Source: a candidate division WWE3 bacterium
GTDB taxonomy: Bacteria > Patescibacteriota > WWE3 > JAUXAW01
Assembly (NCBI GenBank): GCA_030619715.1
Contig: JAUXAW010000001.1
Location: 3,195-67,194 of the forward strand
Length of the DNA stretch: 64,000 nt
Direction: 5' to 3'
Shown: positions 45,491-56,376 of the stretch, piece by piece
Layout: every line of letters begins with the position of its first letter
How positions within the stretch are numbered: the stretch's first letter is position 1
Position numbers and translations under genes: made by a program
The notes under the pieces: model-generated
Seen by the model: the letters and a program-made list of their open reading frames with translations, nothing else
Databases searched by the model: none
Told to the model about the DNA's origin: nothing

Positions 45491-47007
45491 GAACTCAAGT
45501 CCCGCTCAATTAATTTCTCAAGTTTTTCGACATCTTTTCTAAATAACCTCTTTAATCTCAACCGCGTCTCCTCCCGCATCGATGGATAATCAAAGGGTTT
45601 TTTATTCACTTTGCCATACAAATTGGACAAAGAAGGGTTGCTAATCAATTCCCTGACCAAGAAACCCAACCCCAAGGCCCGCAAAGCCTTCATCGGCAAA
45701 TTAACCAAATCGGCCAACAATTTGAATCTTACTTTCTTAGCTCGGTTCACCCTTCTCGTCAAAACTGAAGGCGCAAAGTTCTGACCCACCCCTAAAAAAC
45801 CGTAGACATCTTTCAGAACTTCCTGAGGGCGTTCTTTGATATCATCGAACAGAACAATTTTAATTTTCTCTCTGGGAAACACGTCGTAAAATCTTTTAAG
45901 CTGCTTATAATAGAAACCCCTCTTTATATACTGATCATCTTTTTCCAACTCTCCCTCAAAAGTTTCGGCCAAGTCGCCCGACTCAAAATTAGCTTTTTTC
46001 CACCAGTAAAACGAATAGACCGTATCCTCCGGTCTTCGCAGGCAGGCAATTAATTTAACGTTGGGAAAGTGGCGTTTGATTAGTCCGCAAGACTCGGGAA
46101 AAAACATATAGTGGGTGGTAAACTCGCCTCTAACCGCCCCTTTTGGAGCCTTCTCAAAGAAAGAACTGTACCGTTCCCAGCCTTTTGAATAATTGCTCCT
46201 CTTTTTCTCAAAATCAAAAAAACAGATCTCCTTCCGAGAAGGAAGATATATCTCGGGGTGCTCGCGTAAACACTCGGTCAACCAAGTGGTTCCGCTTCTC
46301 ACTGCTCCAATCCCTATAAAATCCAGGTTTAACAGCTCTCGCCGCCCAATTTTATGCCTTATTTCCTCGATAACAAACGGCATCACCTTTTGTGACAAAT
46401 GAATCGAATCTCGGAAGTATTCTATCTTCGTCAACCCGTCTCGATCTACCAACCTGTCAAAAATCGAAATAGCCTTCAGACTATTTTCTTCTATTAGTTC
46501 ACTAAGACGCCTGTTAAATTGGTGCACAACACGGTTTCTCTCGAGACAGGTGCCATACGTGGGATATTCCCCGCCCTTCACTATAAACCGAGTCGAGGGT
46601 GGAACATGCCAAACCAACACCCCGTAACCCATCTGACTGACCTCTTTAATAACCGAAAAATATCGATCAACACATTCATTCACAACATCCTCTGTGCCCC
46701 TGTTCTGTTTCTCCGCTTGCTTAAGCAAATGCGCCCGGCAGTCTATCTCACCAAAGCAGAATAAAACCCTACTGCCAATGGGTATAGTGTTCAAAACAGC
46801 AAACAGTTTCTCTCTACCTCTCGTCCTCGTTCCACTTCGGGAAAGGTTGTAGGCCAAAACAGGTCCTAGTCGATATGTCCTAAAGAGGGAAATTAGATCC
46901 TCGTGCGGCTCGGGCCACGAGGGTTGCACAAAAGGAACGCCCGAGAACAGATTGGCGTGGCTGTCTCCAATGCAATGAATAACATCCCTTCCGCTTCTCA
47001 TAATCAT
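45481..47007 (-). CDS. SGNH/GDSL hydrolase domain fused to a sulfotransferase domain.
   Basis: N-terminal block I CIGDSHANLF and block V DSIHLS (DxxH). C-terminal IGIGAVRSGTTWLTECL sulfotransferase PAPS motif. Confidence 0.65.
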   Translation of the reverse strand: MIMRSGRDVIHCIGDSHANLFSGVPFVQPSWPEPHEDLISLFRTYRLGPVLAYNLSRSGTRTRGREKLFAVLNTIPIGSRVLFCFGEIDCRAHLLKQAEKQNRGTEDVVNECVDRYFSVIKEVSQMGYGVLVWHVPPSTRFIVKGGEYPTYGTCLERNRVVHQFNRRLSELIEENSLKAISIFDRLVDRDGLTKIEYFRDSIHLSQKVMPFVIEEIRHKIGRRELLNLDFIGIGAVRSGTTWLTECLREHPEIYLPSRKEICFFDFEKKRSNYSKGWERYSSFFEKAPKGAVRGEFTTHYMFFPESCGLIKRHFPNVKLIACLRRPEDTVYSFYWWKKANFESGDLAETFEGELEKDDQYIKRGFYYKQLKRFYDVFPREKIKIVLFDDIKERPQEVLKDVYGFLGVGQNFAPSVLTRRVNRAKKVRFKLLADLVNLPMKALRALGLGFLVRELISNPSLSNLYGKVNKKPFDYPSMREETRLRLKRLFRKDVEKLEKLIERDLSSWK

Positions 47008-48062
47008 CTACGCCTGCTTCTGAAATCCTCATATATCAGAATAATCTGGTTGGCTCTATTGTGATAGGTGTGGTCAGCCAACACTTTCCGCCGGCCGGCC
47101 TCGATAATCGGAGTTCTCTTTTCGGGATTCCGAATGTAGTAGTCAATTTTCTCAAACCAATCATCGGTATTTTTCGCAATCACCAGCTCGTTCTCGTTAA
47201 AATACTTTCTAAGCACCCTAACATTATCACAAATCTCAAACCCACCCGAAGCAGGAATCTTAAAAGTTCTCTCATTAAAGTCCGAGCCAAACTTTCTTTG
47301 GTGGTCCTCGTGGATATTCAACGAAATAGTCGAAGAAGAATAAACCTTTCGCTCGTCACCAAGCGGTAATTGAAACTTCCTTATGTGCTTCAGGGGCTCA
47401 ATATTGAAGTATTGACCTGCTTTTTGAACATATCCCAACAACCTATTACCCAAAGTCCAATCACTTCCATGGACCTTGACATCGTACTTTTTCATCAGCG
47501 GAAAAAGGTGCTTTTTAACAAACTCTCGCTTGCTGGGCAGGAGACTACCAACAAAGGAAATGTCGGCCTTATATTTGTCATCGGGTTCGTAAAAATATTT
47601 TTTAACATTTGCCGCCAACAGAATTGTGTGAAATGGGTAGCCGGTGGTTTTGGTGAACCCATCCATCGAAGGGTCATCCTGCTCTAACCAATGAAAGAAC
47701 ACATCACCGGCCAAACCGTCCCTTATCAATTTAATTAGTTCGGGTTTGCTCTCCAAAGCTTGAGCCCCAAACTGGTCGGTTTGATGTTTCCAAGGGGAGA
47801 TTTGATTAAAAAATACAAGCCTTTCTTTTCTATACTTTTTCAACAATTCCAAGTCTAAAAACTTCAAGTTGTACTGATTCAAAGAAGAAATAAAAATATC
47901 CGGTCGATACTCTTCCAAAACTTCTTTCAGGTCATCATTGGACGTCAACGGTCTAAACCGATGGCCCAGGTCCTCAAAAGCATCTTTGTAACCCTCGTAG
48001 ACAAATCTTCCCGCATAGACGGTTTCCAAGGAGGGTATTTGGTATAAAATGTTTAAATTCAT
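47004..48062 (-). CDS. CgeB-like/DUF3880 glycosyltransferase-family protein.
   Basis: C-terminal KNTDDWFEKIDYYIRNPEKRTPIIEAGRRKVLADHTYHNRANQI is typical of CgeB-family GT1-like proteins. Confidence 0.55.
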   Translation of the reverse strand: MNLNILYQIPSLETVYAGRFVYEGYKDAFEDLGHRFRPLTSNDDLKEVLEEYRPDIFISSLNQYNLKFLDLELLKKYRKERLVFFNQISPWKHQTDQFGAQALESKPELIKLIRDGLAGDVFFHWLEQDDPSMDGFTKTTGYPFHTILLAANVKKYFYEPDDKYKADISFVGSLLPSKREFVKKHLFPLMKKYDVKVHGSDWTLGNRLLGYVQKAGQYFNIEPLKHIRKFQLPLGDERKVYSSSTISLNIHEDHQRKFGSDFNERTFKIPASGGFEICDNVRVLRKYFNENELVIAKNTDDWFEKIDYYIRNPEKRTPIIEAGRRKVLADHTYHNRANQIILIYEDFRSRRR

Positions 48063-48682
48063 CTTTTCCGAAACCCCTCCCAGACAAAGGGGTACGAGAA
48101 AATTACGTTGTGAGTTCTATCTATTTCTTTGACTAAGTCCCTTCGCATCTCTGCCGCTCGGGGGACAAAACGATGAAACTGCACCTGAAGATTTTCCACA
48201 CGATTAATTAGGCCGCTGTCAACCATTCTTTTTAACAAACGGTATTCCCCACCTTCAATGTTGACGGACATCAAGTCAATCTTCTCGCCGGCGCAATGTT
48301 CCTTCATAAATTCTACAATGTCAACAAAACTAACTTCCTCTCTCCTAGCCGATTGTACAAAAACCGAGCTGGCATCCCCACTGACGCCAATCGGCCTCCT
48401 TTCTGTTTTGTCTGATAGACCAATGTTGTAGACTTGAACCTTCTTATTATTTTCATACTTATTTTCTAACACGCGGTAATATGACCTAACCGGCTCAAAG
48501 ATGTAGGTACGAGGGTTATACCTAGATATAATCTTGTCCGAAAAGTTTCCAATGTAGCCGCCGACATCGAATACTAAACTCTCACTCTTGAGATTGTAAT
48601 CAACTAGACACGTATGATCTCCATCGTCCCAAAACCACCTGCAAAGGTTTATCTTGGCAACCAATCCCCAGAAATTTTTCAT
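48059..48682 (-). CDS. FkbM-family methyltransferase.
   Basis: VFDVGGYIGNFSDKI...TYIFEPV (FkbM MT domain). Confidence 0.65.
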   Translation of the reverse strand: MKNFWGLVAKINLCRWFWDDGDHTCLVDYNLKSESLVFDVGGYIGNFSDKIISRYNPRTYIFEPVRSYYRVLENKYENNKKVQVYNIGLSDKTERRPIGVSGDASSVFVQSARREEVSFVDIVEFMKEHCAGEKIDLMSVNIEGGEYRLLKRMVDSGLINRVENLQVQFHRFVPRAAEMRRDLVKEIDRTHNVIFSYPFVWEGFRKR

Positions 48683-49817
48683 AACACATCCCGGAAAATA
48701 TTAGCGTAATCAAACTGCCGAGCGTACTCCCGTGCCCTTAAACGATATTCCTGGTTTCTCTCCGAACCCATCAACGTAATTACGCCCGTAATGACGCCCT
48801 TAACGTCTTCGCCAATGATCAGGCCACACCTTCGATTTTCAATTTCCCTAGCATTCCAGGGAATATTGGTCAACAAAACGGGGACGCCGCAGGCCAAGTA
48901 TTTTTTCACCTTCCCCGGGTCGGCGTAATAGGTCCAAGTGTCCAAGTTCTTAACATAGGGGGCAATAGCCAGACAACTTTTGGCAATCTCCTTTTCCAGT
49001 TCCTCATCACTTTTGATTTTTCCCAGAAAATGACAGTATTTTTCAACATTTAATTCCTTGGCGAGCCTCTCCAATTCCAACCGGTAACTTCCTCCACCGA
49101 TTATCTTAAACCGAAAATCGGGCATCTTTTTGACAATCTCCGGAATCGCCCTGATTACCAACTGCACCCCCTGTTTGGGCAGTAGATGCCCCATAAAGAC
49201 CAAGGTGTTTTTATCGCACTCCTCGTAAGAGTATTTCTTAACTCGGTCCACCCAAACGCCATAGGGAACGATTTTTTGCTTTCGATAATCACTTTTCTTA
49301 ATGCCCAAAAATTTCTCTCTCGCTTCGACCATTCGCGGTGAAAGGTCCCACATCTCATCGGCATTTTTGTAACCAAGGACATTGATAAAATGATAAATTT
49401 TGTTTTTCCAGCCACTCTCAAATCTATCTTGGGGAACAAAGTCAATTGCCCAAAAGATAGTTTTTTTAACCCGCCCCAGAAGCCTTACCGTAAGACCAAA
49501 GAAAACACACAGACCGTCCATCCCCACGTAAGTGTCCCAGACAATTTTTGAACCCAGCAGCCACCTGAGAGTAAAGAAAAATTCTTTAAGATAGATGACC
49601 GGCTCGGGCAAACCTTTGAAATCTCGAGTTCTTTCCTCTCTGTAAACCCCACCCTCTTTATACCAAGTATAATAACTACATCTGTCCGGGGCATCGAAGA
49701 AACTGTGTCGAATGTGCAAAACATTGGAATACTTTTTGGAGTTGAGAAAGATAACCAAATCATCGTCGGGCTGGGTAACAAATTTATGAGAAACGACGAC
49801 GACATTCTTGGCCAGCT

Positions 49818-49821
<4 letters not shown>
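48679..49821 (-). CDS. GT4-like glycosyltransferase.
   Basis: C-terminal GT-B Rossmann domain (FLGKIKSDEELEKEIAKSCLAIAPY...GVPVLLTN). Confidence 0.65.
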
Positions 49822-51585
<1,764 letters not shown>

Positions 51586-51598
51586 TTAATAATCGCGG

Positions 51599-52267
51599 CT
51601 AACTATTATTTTTAATGATTGCCGCATTGTAGGACAAAAAGGGCCGCAAAAACGGCAAACCTTCCATAATTTTTTCGTAAATTTTAAATAGCTTAACGAA
51701 TCTTTTGGGATAGTTGTGGCACTCAAAGCACTTAAACTTCGCTTGAGGAAAGATGGCACGAACCAGTTTCTTAAAATAATTCTGTTTGAAGTGCTGGTGG
51801 CCACGCAGCAAAGTCATATAGGGATACAATAATGGGTTGTAGCGGTTCGCTTCGACAATGACAACAGAACCACCTGTTTTACAAACTCGTTTTAACCCTT
51901 CTAAGGCATGTCTGTGTTTCTCGTAACTCTGGTGTTCCTCATCAATATGATGCAAAACATCGTGGGCAAAGACAAAGTCAAACTGGTTTTCGCCAAAAGG
52001 GATCTCTGAGATGCCCGCCTTTTTGAATTCCAAACCCTTAATATTCTTTATTCTTTCGTGTTCAAAGATATCAATGCCGGAGGTTGCGAGGCCATACTCG
52101 TTGATGAAAATCTCCGCATCAAACCCCCCACCGCACCCGACATCCAAAATCTTCCCGCCGCCGGCAAAATCAAAACCAAGTTTATTAAAAATATCATCCC
52201 GATACTGATTTCCTGTGTTAATCATGGTCCAAGAGTATTCTAACATAGACAAGGGATTGACTCTCAT
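51599..52267 (-). CDS. Class I SAM-dependent methyltransferase.
   Basis: KILDVGCGGGFDAEIFINEYG (motif I). Confidence 0.8.
   Translation of the reverse strand: MRVNPLSMLEYSWTMINTGNQYRDDIFNKLGFDFAGGGKILDVGCGGGFDAEIFINEYGLATSGIDIFEHERIKNIKGLEFKKAGISEIPFGENQFDFVFAHDVLHHIDEEHQSYEKHRHALEGLKRVCKTGGSVVIVEANRYNPLLYPYMTLLRGHQHFKQNYFKKLVRAIFPQAKFKCFECHNYPKRFVKLFKIYEKIMEGLPFLRPFLSYNAAIIKNNS
52108..52226. repeat. Direct repeat copy 1 (~119 bp), the 5' end of the methyltransferase gene.
   Basis: About 85% identical to 53031-53148. The two copies flank the nucleotidyltransferase::APS-kinase gene. Confidence 0.8.
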
Positions 52268-52292
52268 GTAGAATAAGAGTTAGTGGGGTAAG

Positions 52293-53030
52293 ATGAAGTA
52301 TTCACTGTTTATCGGCCGGTGGCAACCTTTTCACAAGGGCCACAAAATGCTGATCAATGAAGTTCTCAAGGAGAAAAAGCCTGCTCTCATCGCTATCAGA
52401 GATACTGAAATATCGGAGGAAAATCCGTACACTATCGAGGAACGTAGGAAGATGATCAAAGAAGAGTACGGAGATAGCGTAAAGATAATCACCATCCCGG
52501 ATATAGGGGAGATCTGTTACGGTCGAAGGGTTGGATACAAGATAAGAAGAATTCGCTTGGATAACCAGACAGAGGAGATATCAGGAGCCAAGATAAGAGA
52601 TTCACAAAAAAGGGTTATTTGGCTTACAGGCAATATGGGTGCAGGGAAAACATCTCTTGCTTATCTTCTTAAAGACAGGTTGAATGCGGTTGTTTTGGAT
52701 GGCGATGAGATGCGAGCATCAATCTCGCTGGGAGCAGGTTTTAGCAAAAAGGACAGGAACGAACATAATTTAAGAGTAGCACGGCTGGCAAAAATTCTTC
52801 ACGCCCAGGGGCACAATGTTGTTGTGGCGGTCATCGCACCATTTAGGGAAACGAGAAAAAAGATTAATGATATCTGTGATCCCTATTGGATTTATGTGTG
52901 TGGCGGAGCAACGGGGAAAGATAAGCCCTACGAACCGCCGGAGAATCCCGATGTGGTTATTGATCCTTTGTCTGAAAGTTTAAGCGAAAGCCTGGAGAAA
53001 ATCATTGAGGAGGTGGGGAAAATTACATAG
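52293..53030 (+). CDS. Compact NMNAT/cytidylyltransferase-like nucleotidyltransferase domain fused to adenylylsulfate (APS) kinase. Candidate minimal PAPS synthase.
   Basis: N-domain has FIGRWQPFHKGH (H-x-G-H) and EISGAKIRDS (ISxTxIR-like). C-domain has VIWLTGNMGAGKTSLAYLL (P-loop), LDGDEMR, FSKKDRNEHNLRVARLAKIL and VVAVIAPFRETR, the APS kinase (CysC) motifs. Confidence 0.7.
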   Translation: MKYSLFIGRWQPFHKGHKMLINEVLKEKKPALIAIRDTEISEENPYTIEERRKMIKEEYGDSVKIITIPDIGEICYGRRVGYKIRRIRLDNQTEEISGAKIRDSQKRVIWLTGNMGAGKTSLAYLLKDRLNAVVLDGDEMRASISLGAGFSKKDRNEHNLRVARLAKILHAQGHNVVVAVIAPFRETRKKINDICDPYWIYVCGGATGKDKPYEPPENPDVVIDPLSESLSESLEKIIEEVGKIT

Positions 53031-53190
53031 AAATCTCCGCATCAAACCCCCCGCCGCAACCCACATCCAAAATTTTCCCACCTCTTTGGAAGTCAAAGCC
53101 AAGTTTATTAAAAATATCGTCCCGATACTGGTTTCCCGTGCTAATCATACTCGAAAGCATTTTAGCATAAAAACCCTTCAAAAAAACTTG
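53031..53190 (-). pseudogene. Truncated duplicate of the 5' end of the SAM methyltransferase gene (direct repeat copy 2).
   Basis: Encodes MISTGNQYRDDIFNKLGFDFQRGGKILDVGCGGGFDAEIS, against MINTGNQYRDDIFNKLGFDFAGGGKILDVGCGGGFDAEIF in the intact gene. It then terminates. Confidence 0.7.
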
Positions 53191-53261
53191 AAGTCTCATA
53201 GTAGATATGGTAGTATGTTTGCGCCGGAACCTTAACAACTCAGTTAGACAGGGGGAGACAG

Positions 53262-53996
53262 ATGAGAATAGTCCGCTCAACGGGGTGTTTTAAGAGCCTC
53301 CTGGCGGCCTACCTCGAAATTCCATACTTCCCGTGGAAGAATATGGAAGTGGAATTGTGGCCGCTACGAGGCACAGGCATCCAAAGAATAATCGACGGTG
53401 GGTGCCGGATCGTTAGCATCCACATGCCCTTCGGTGAGTCACTGTGGCGAGGAGGACTTCCTCACATATGGCGCCTCATACGAAGGGATTTCCAGAGGAG
53501 GTCTGTAAAATCCGCCATGCACCTGGCTCTCACAGCGGTCGTCTTAGCTACGGATTTCTGGCATCGCATCTGGAAACCGTACTGGCCGGAACTCGACATC
53601 GAAACCATCGAGCAGGACTTAGCGATGTTGCGACCGAACGCGCTCCTTTTTCACGGTGATCAGCTGTGGGCCGTTTCAGAGGCGACGGAGAGAATCCTGG
53701 CGCTTGCGAGGAGTATGGGCACTGGGATTCACGTCGAGCATTGCTCCATCGGGCCCTCTGAAGAACCTCTCACTATTCACGACACGATCAACATGTGTCG
53801 AAGGGATGGTTGGAAATTGGCCCCAGACCTACACCACAGCCCTGAATTCGAGAGATATTTGCTTGTTCTAAAAGAAGAGGGGCTACTTGGAGAAATCCAG
53901 TGTCGTGGTTTTAAAGAAGCGCGCAGGCTGATGACAGCTTACCCGGGCCTAGAAGGGGCCCCACTGGTTATCGAGCCAAAAGACCTGACCACCTAG
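53262..53996 (+). CDS. Hypothetical protein, GC-rich (about 58%).
   Basis: RBS GGGGGAG before the ATG. 244 aa, no recognisable motif. Compositionally distinct from its neighbours. Confidence 0.5.
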   Translation: MRIVRSTGCFKSLLAAYLEIPYFPWKNMEVELWPLRGTGIQRIIDGGCRIVSIHMPFGESLWRGGLPHIWRLIRRDFQRRSVKSAMHLALTAVVLATDFWHRIWKPYWPELDIETIEQDLAMLRPNALLFHGDQLWAVSEATERILALARSMGTGIHVEHCSIGPSEEPLTIHDTINMCRRDGWKLAPDLHHSPEFERYLLVLKEEGLLGEIQCRGFKEARRLMTAYPGLEGAPLVIEPKDLTT

Positions 53997-54007
53997 GATG
54001 GGGGCAC

Positions 54008-54766
54008 TCAAAATCGCAGTTCCGGCTTGAGTGCCCTCAAATTCATCATATTATTCTTAACCTCAACCACAATTTCTTCCAAAATCTCCTCCCAAGAATC
54101 TTCAAGGAGGCGGGCACAATCTTCAAAAACCCTTTTTGCTTTCTCCACATTCACGTTGTCCCCCTGCGGGAGACCTGCGGCCATATTCGCCCAAATTTCG
54201 ACCAGACCCTGAATCGAAAGAAACCTTTCGGGAGTATAGGATCTCAAGAGAAACAAAATATCCTGCGAAACATCCGCAATCTCCTTGTCGAAGCACTCGG
54301 CCAAAAGAGACGCTGCTTCGGAAACATCAATCTGGGAAATCTTTTTTGCTAAATCTTCAACAAAATTTCGCCGGTGCCGAAGAAGTTGGACATCAACTCC
54401 CCACCAAAGAAAGTTGTGAAATCGAGCCCGCGAAGCTATCTCCAAGGAAATCTCCGAGGCCTCAGCGATTCGTTTCCCATACTCTTCTCTCTTACTTTCA
54501 AACCGCTCCGCAATGCTCCGACTAAACCCATCTGCCCCAAACTCGGCGCTGTGGCAAAGCATACCCAAAGCCAAATCTCGCCTCCCCGGAGAGTATTTAT
54601 CCAAGAAATCCAGAAGTTTCTTTCCGCCCTCATGGATCTCCTCAAACTCAAACACAGAGCCGGGAACGAAGGGAACAATATCCGGATAATAGGAGCCCAA
54701 AACCAAATCCCCCGTTAACCTTCCGGCAACCCTTTTAGCGACGTAGGGATGACCGATGACATTCAT
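54008..54766 (-). CDS. Hypothetical protein. The internal Met at 54766 (MNVIGHPYVAKR...) is the likely start.
   Basis: About 250 aa. No recognisable domain. Confidence 0.45.
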   Translation of the reverse strand: MNVIGHPYVAKRVAGRLTGDLVLGSYYPDIVPFVPGSVFEFEEIHEGGKKLLDFLDKYSPGRRDLALGMLCHSAEFGADGFSRSIAERFESKREEYGKRIAEASEISLEIASRARFHNFLWWGVDVQLLRHRRNFVEDLAKKISQIDVSEAASLLAECFDKEIADVSQDILFLLRSYTPERFLSIQGLVEIWANMAAGLPQGDNVNVEKAKRVFEDCARLLEDSWEEILEEIVVEVKNNMMNLRALKPELRF

Positions 54767-54810
54767 TGGAAGTATTTTAACACAGACAGAAGAGGCGATT
54801 CTCGTGTAAA

Positions 54811-56376
54811 ATGGTAACAATGAAAGAGTGGTTCAGACAAAATTGGAAGGCCCTCGCTTTTCTCGCCTTTCTGGTTTTTGTGGCCTACATCAACTCTCTA
54901 AATAACGCCTTTGTGGCTGACGATATTCCCGCGATCCTTAACAAAGCAGATATTACCGAAATAAGCTACGTCTTCGCCACCCCTCTTGTCTTGGCAAGGA
55001 CTTTCCTGAACTTCATCATCGCTAACATCTTCGGCCGCTCACCACCCGCTTTCCGCGCCGTCAACATCCTTTTTCATCTCGGCAATGTTTGGCTGCTTTA
55101 TTTCCTCCTTCACATCTTAGCCAACCGCAAAACCGCTCTCTTCGCCGCCGCCATCCTGGCCACCCATCCCCTTATGACCGAGTCAGTTACCTGGGTTGCC
55201 GGTGGTCTATACGCACAGTACAGCTTCTTCCTTCTTCTGGCGTTAGCGCTATATGTTCTAAACGATGTGAACGAAAACAAAAAAGTTTATTGGTCCGCAC
55301 TCGGGAGCTTCGCCGTCGGTCTTCTCACCTCCGAAAAGGCAATGGCTTTCCCTCTTATCCTTTTGGCGTTGGAATTCGCCTACCGGGGTTTGCGAAAAAA
55401 TTGGAGGCGCTTGATTCCCTTCTTTGCTCTTGGGGGGATCTGGGCACTAATATTTATCGGAAAAATTGGCGAGAGAGCCGCTAACCTCCAAACGATGTAT
55501 TATCAAGCCCCCCAAGCAACGGAGTCCCTAGCTCAGATCCCAATCGCCATTACCTCCTACTTAAAATTAGTCTTCTGGCCGAAGGGGCTTACTCTCTACC
55601 ACTCGGAGATGAGCTTCTCTGCCGTTGAGTTCTACCTGCGGCTGGCCGCCCTAATTATTTTCTTGGGACTGATGGCTTACGCATACAGGAAAAGCAAACC
55701 GACATTTTTTTGGTTATCTTTCTTCATCATCGCTCTTTCACCAACACTGGTCCCGTTTGGTCTTTCTTGGATTGTCGCCGAGCGCTACGTCTACCTAGGC
55801 ACAATTGGAATTCTTGTGGTCGTAGCGATGGGAATCCAAAAGATTGGAGAAAAACTCGGCAACCCCAATATTTCTTACGCAATTATGGTTCCAGTCGTTT
55901 TAGCGCTGACGGCAAGAACGATTGCTAGAAACACCGACTGGAAAAACCAAGACACGCTTTGGCTAGCGGCGGCGAAGACATCGCCTTCAAGCCCGCAGAA
56001 CCATAATAATCTCGGAGATCTGTACGGCCGACGGGGGGATTTGGAAAGGTCGGCAGAGGAGTTTAAAAAAGCGATCGAGCTCAAACCGGGCTACGCCGAC
56101 GCTCACCATAACCTGGCCATTGTTTATCAGCGAATGGGAAGAGTTGACGAAGCGATTGTAAACTATCAAAAGGCAGCCGAAATTAACCCCCTGCTCTGGC
56201 AACCCTGCCAAAATTTGGCCGCTATTTACTTTGAGCAAGAAGAGTTCGAGCTAGCAAAAGAATATATGGAAAAAGCGGTTGAAGCTAACCCCGAAAACGC
56301 CAACCTCCGCCGCAGCCTAGAAATCATTTATCAAGAACTCGTCCAAAAAGAGAATTCAAAACGCGATCAAGAGTAG
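54811..56376 (+). CDS. TMTC/DUF1736-like GT-C membrane glycosyltransferase with C-terminal TPR repeats.
   Basis: N-terminal polytopic region with YINSLNNAFVADDIPAI (N-x-F-x-x-DD motif). Three or four C-terminal TPRs (NLGDLYGRRGDLERSAEEFKKAIELKP...). Confidence 0.6.
   Translation: MVTMKEWFRQNWKALAFLAFLVFVAYINSLNNAFVADDIPAILNKADITEISYVFATPLVLARTFLNFIIANIFGRSPPAFRAVNILFHLGNVWLLYFLLHILANRKTALFAAAILATHPLMTESVTWVAGGLYAQYSFFLLLALALYVLNDVNENKKVYWSALGSFAVGLLTSEKAMAFPLILLALEFAYRGLRKNWRRLIPFFALGGIWALIFIGKIGERAANLQTMYYQAPQATESLAQIPIAITSYLKLVFWPKGLTLYHSEMSFSAVEFYLRLAALIIFLGLMAYAYRKSKPTFFWLSFFIIALSPTLVPFGLSWIVAERYVYLGTIGILVVVAMGIQKIGEKLGNPNISYAIMVPVVLALTARTIARNTDWKNQDTLWLAAAKTSPSSPQNHNNLGDLYGRRGDLERSAEEFKKAIELKPGYADAHHNLAIVYQRMGRVDEAIVNYQKAAEINPLLWQPCQNLAAIYFEQEEFELAKEYMEKAVEANPENANLRRSLEIIYQELVQKENSKRDQE

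Noticed and set aside
53023-53280. 85-aa minus-strand ORF treated as an intact gene.
   Set aside because: Its conserved part duplicates only the first ~40 aa of the neighbouring methyltransferase and then terminates. Called a gene fragment/pseudogene instead.
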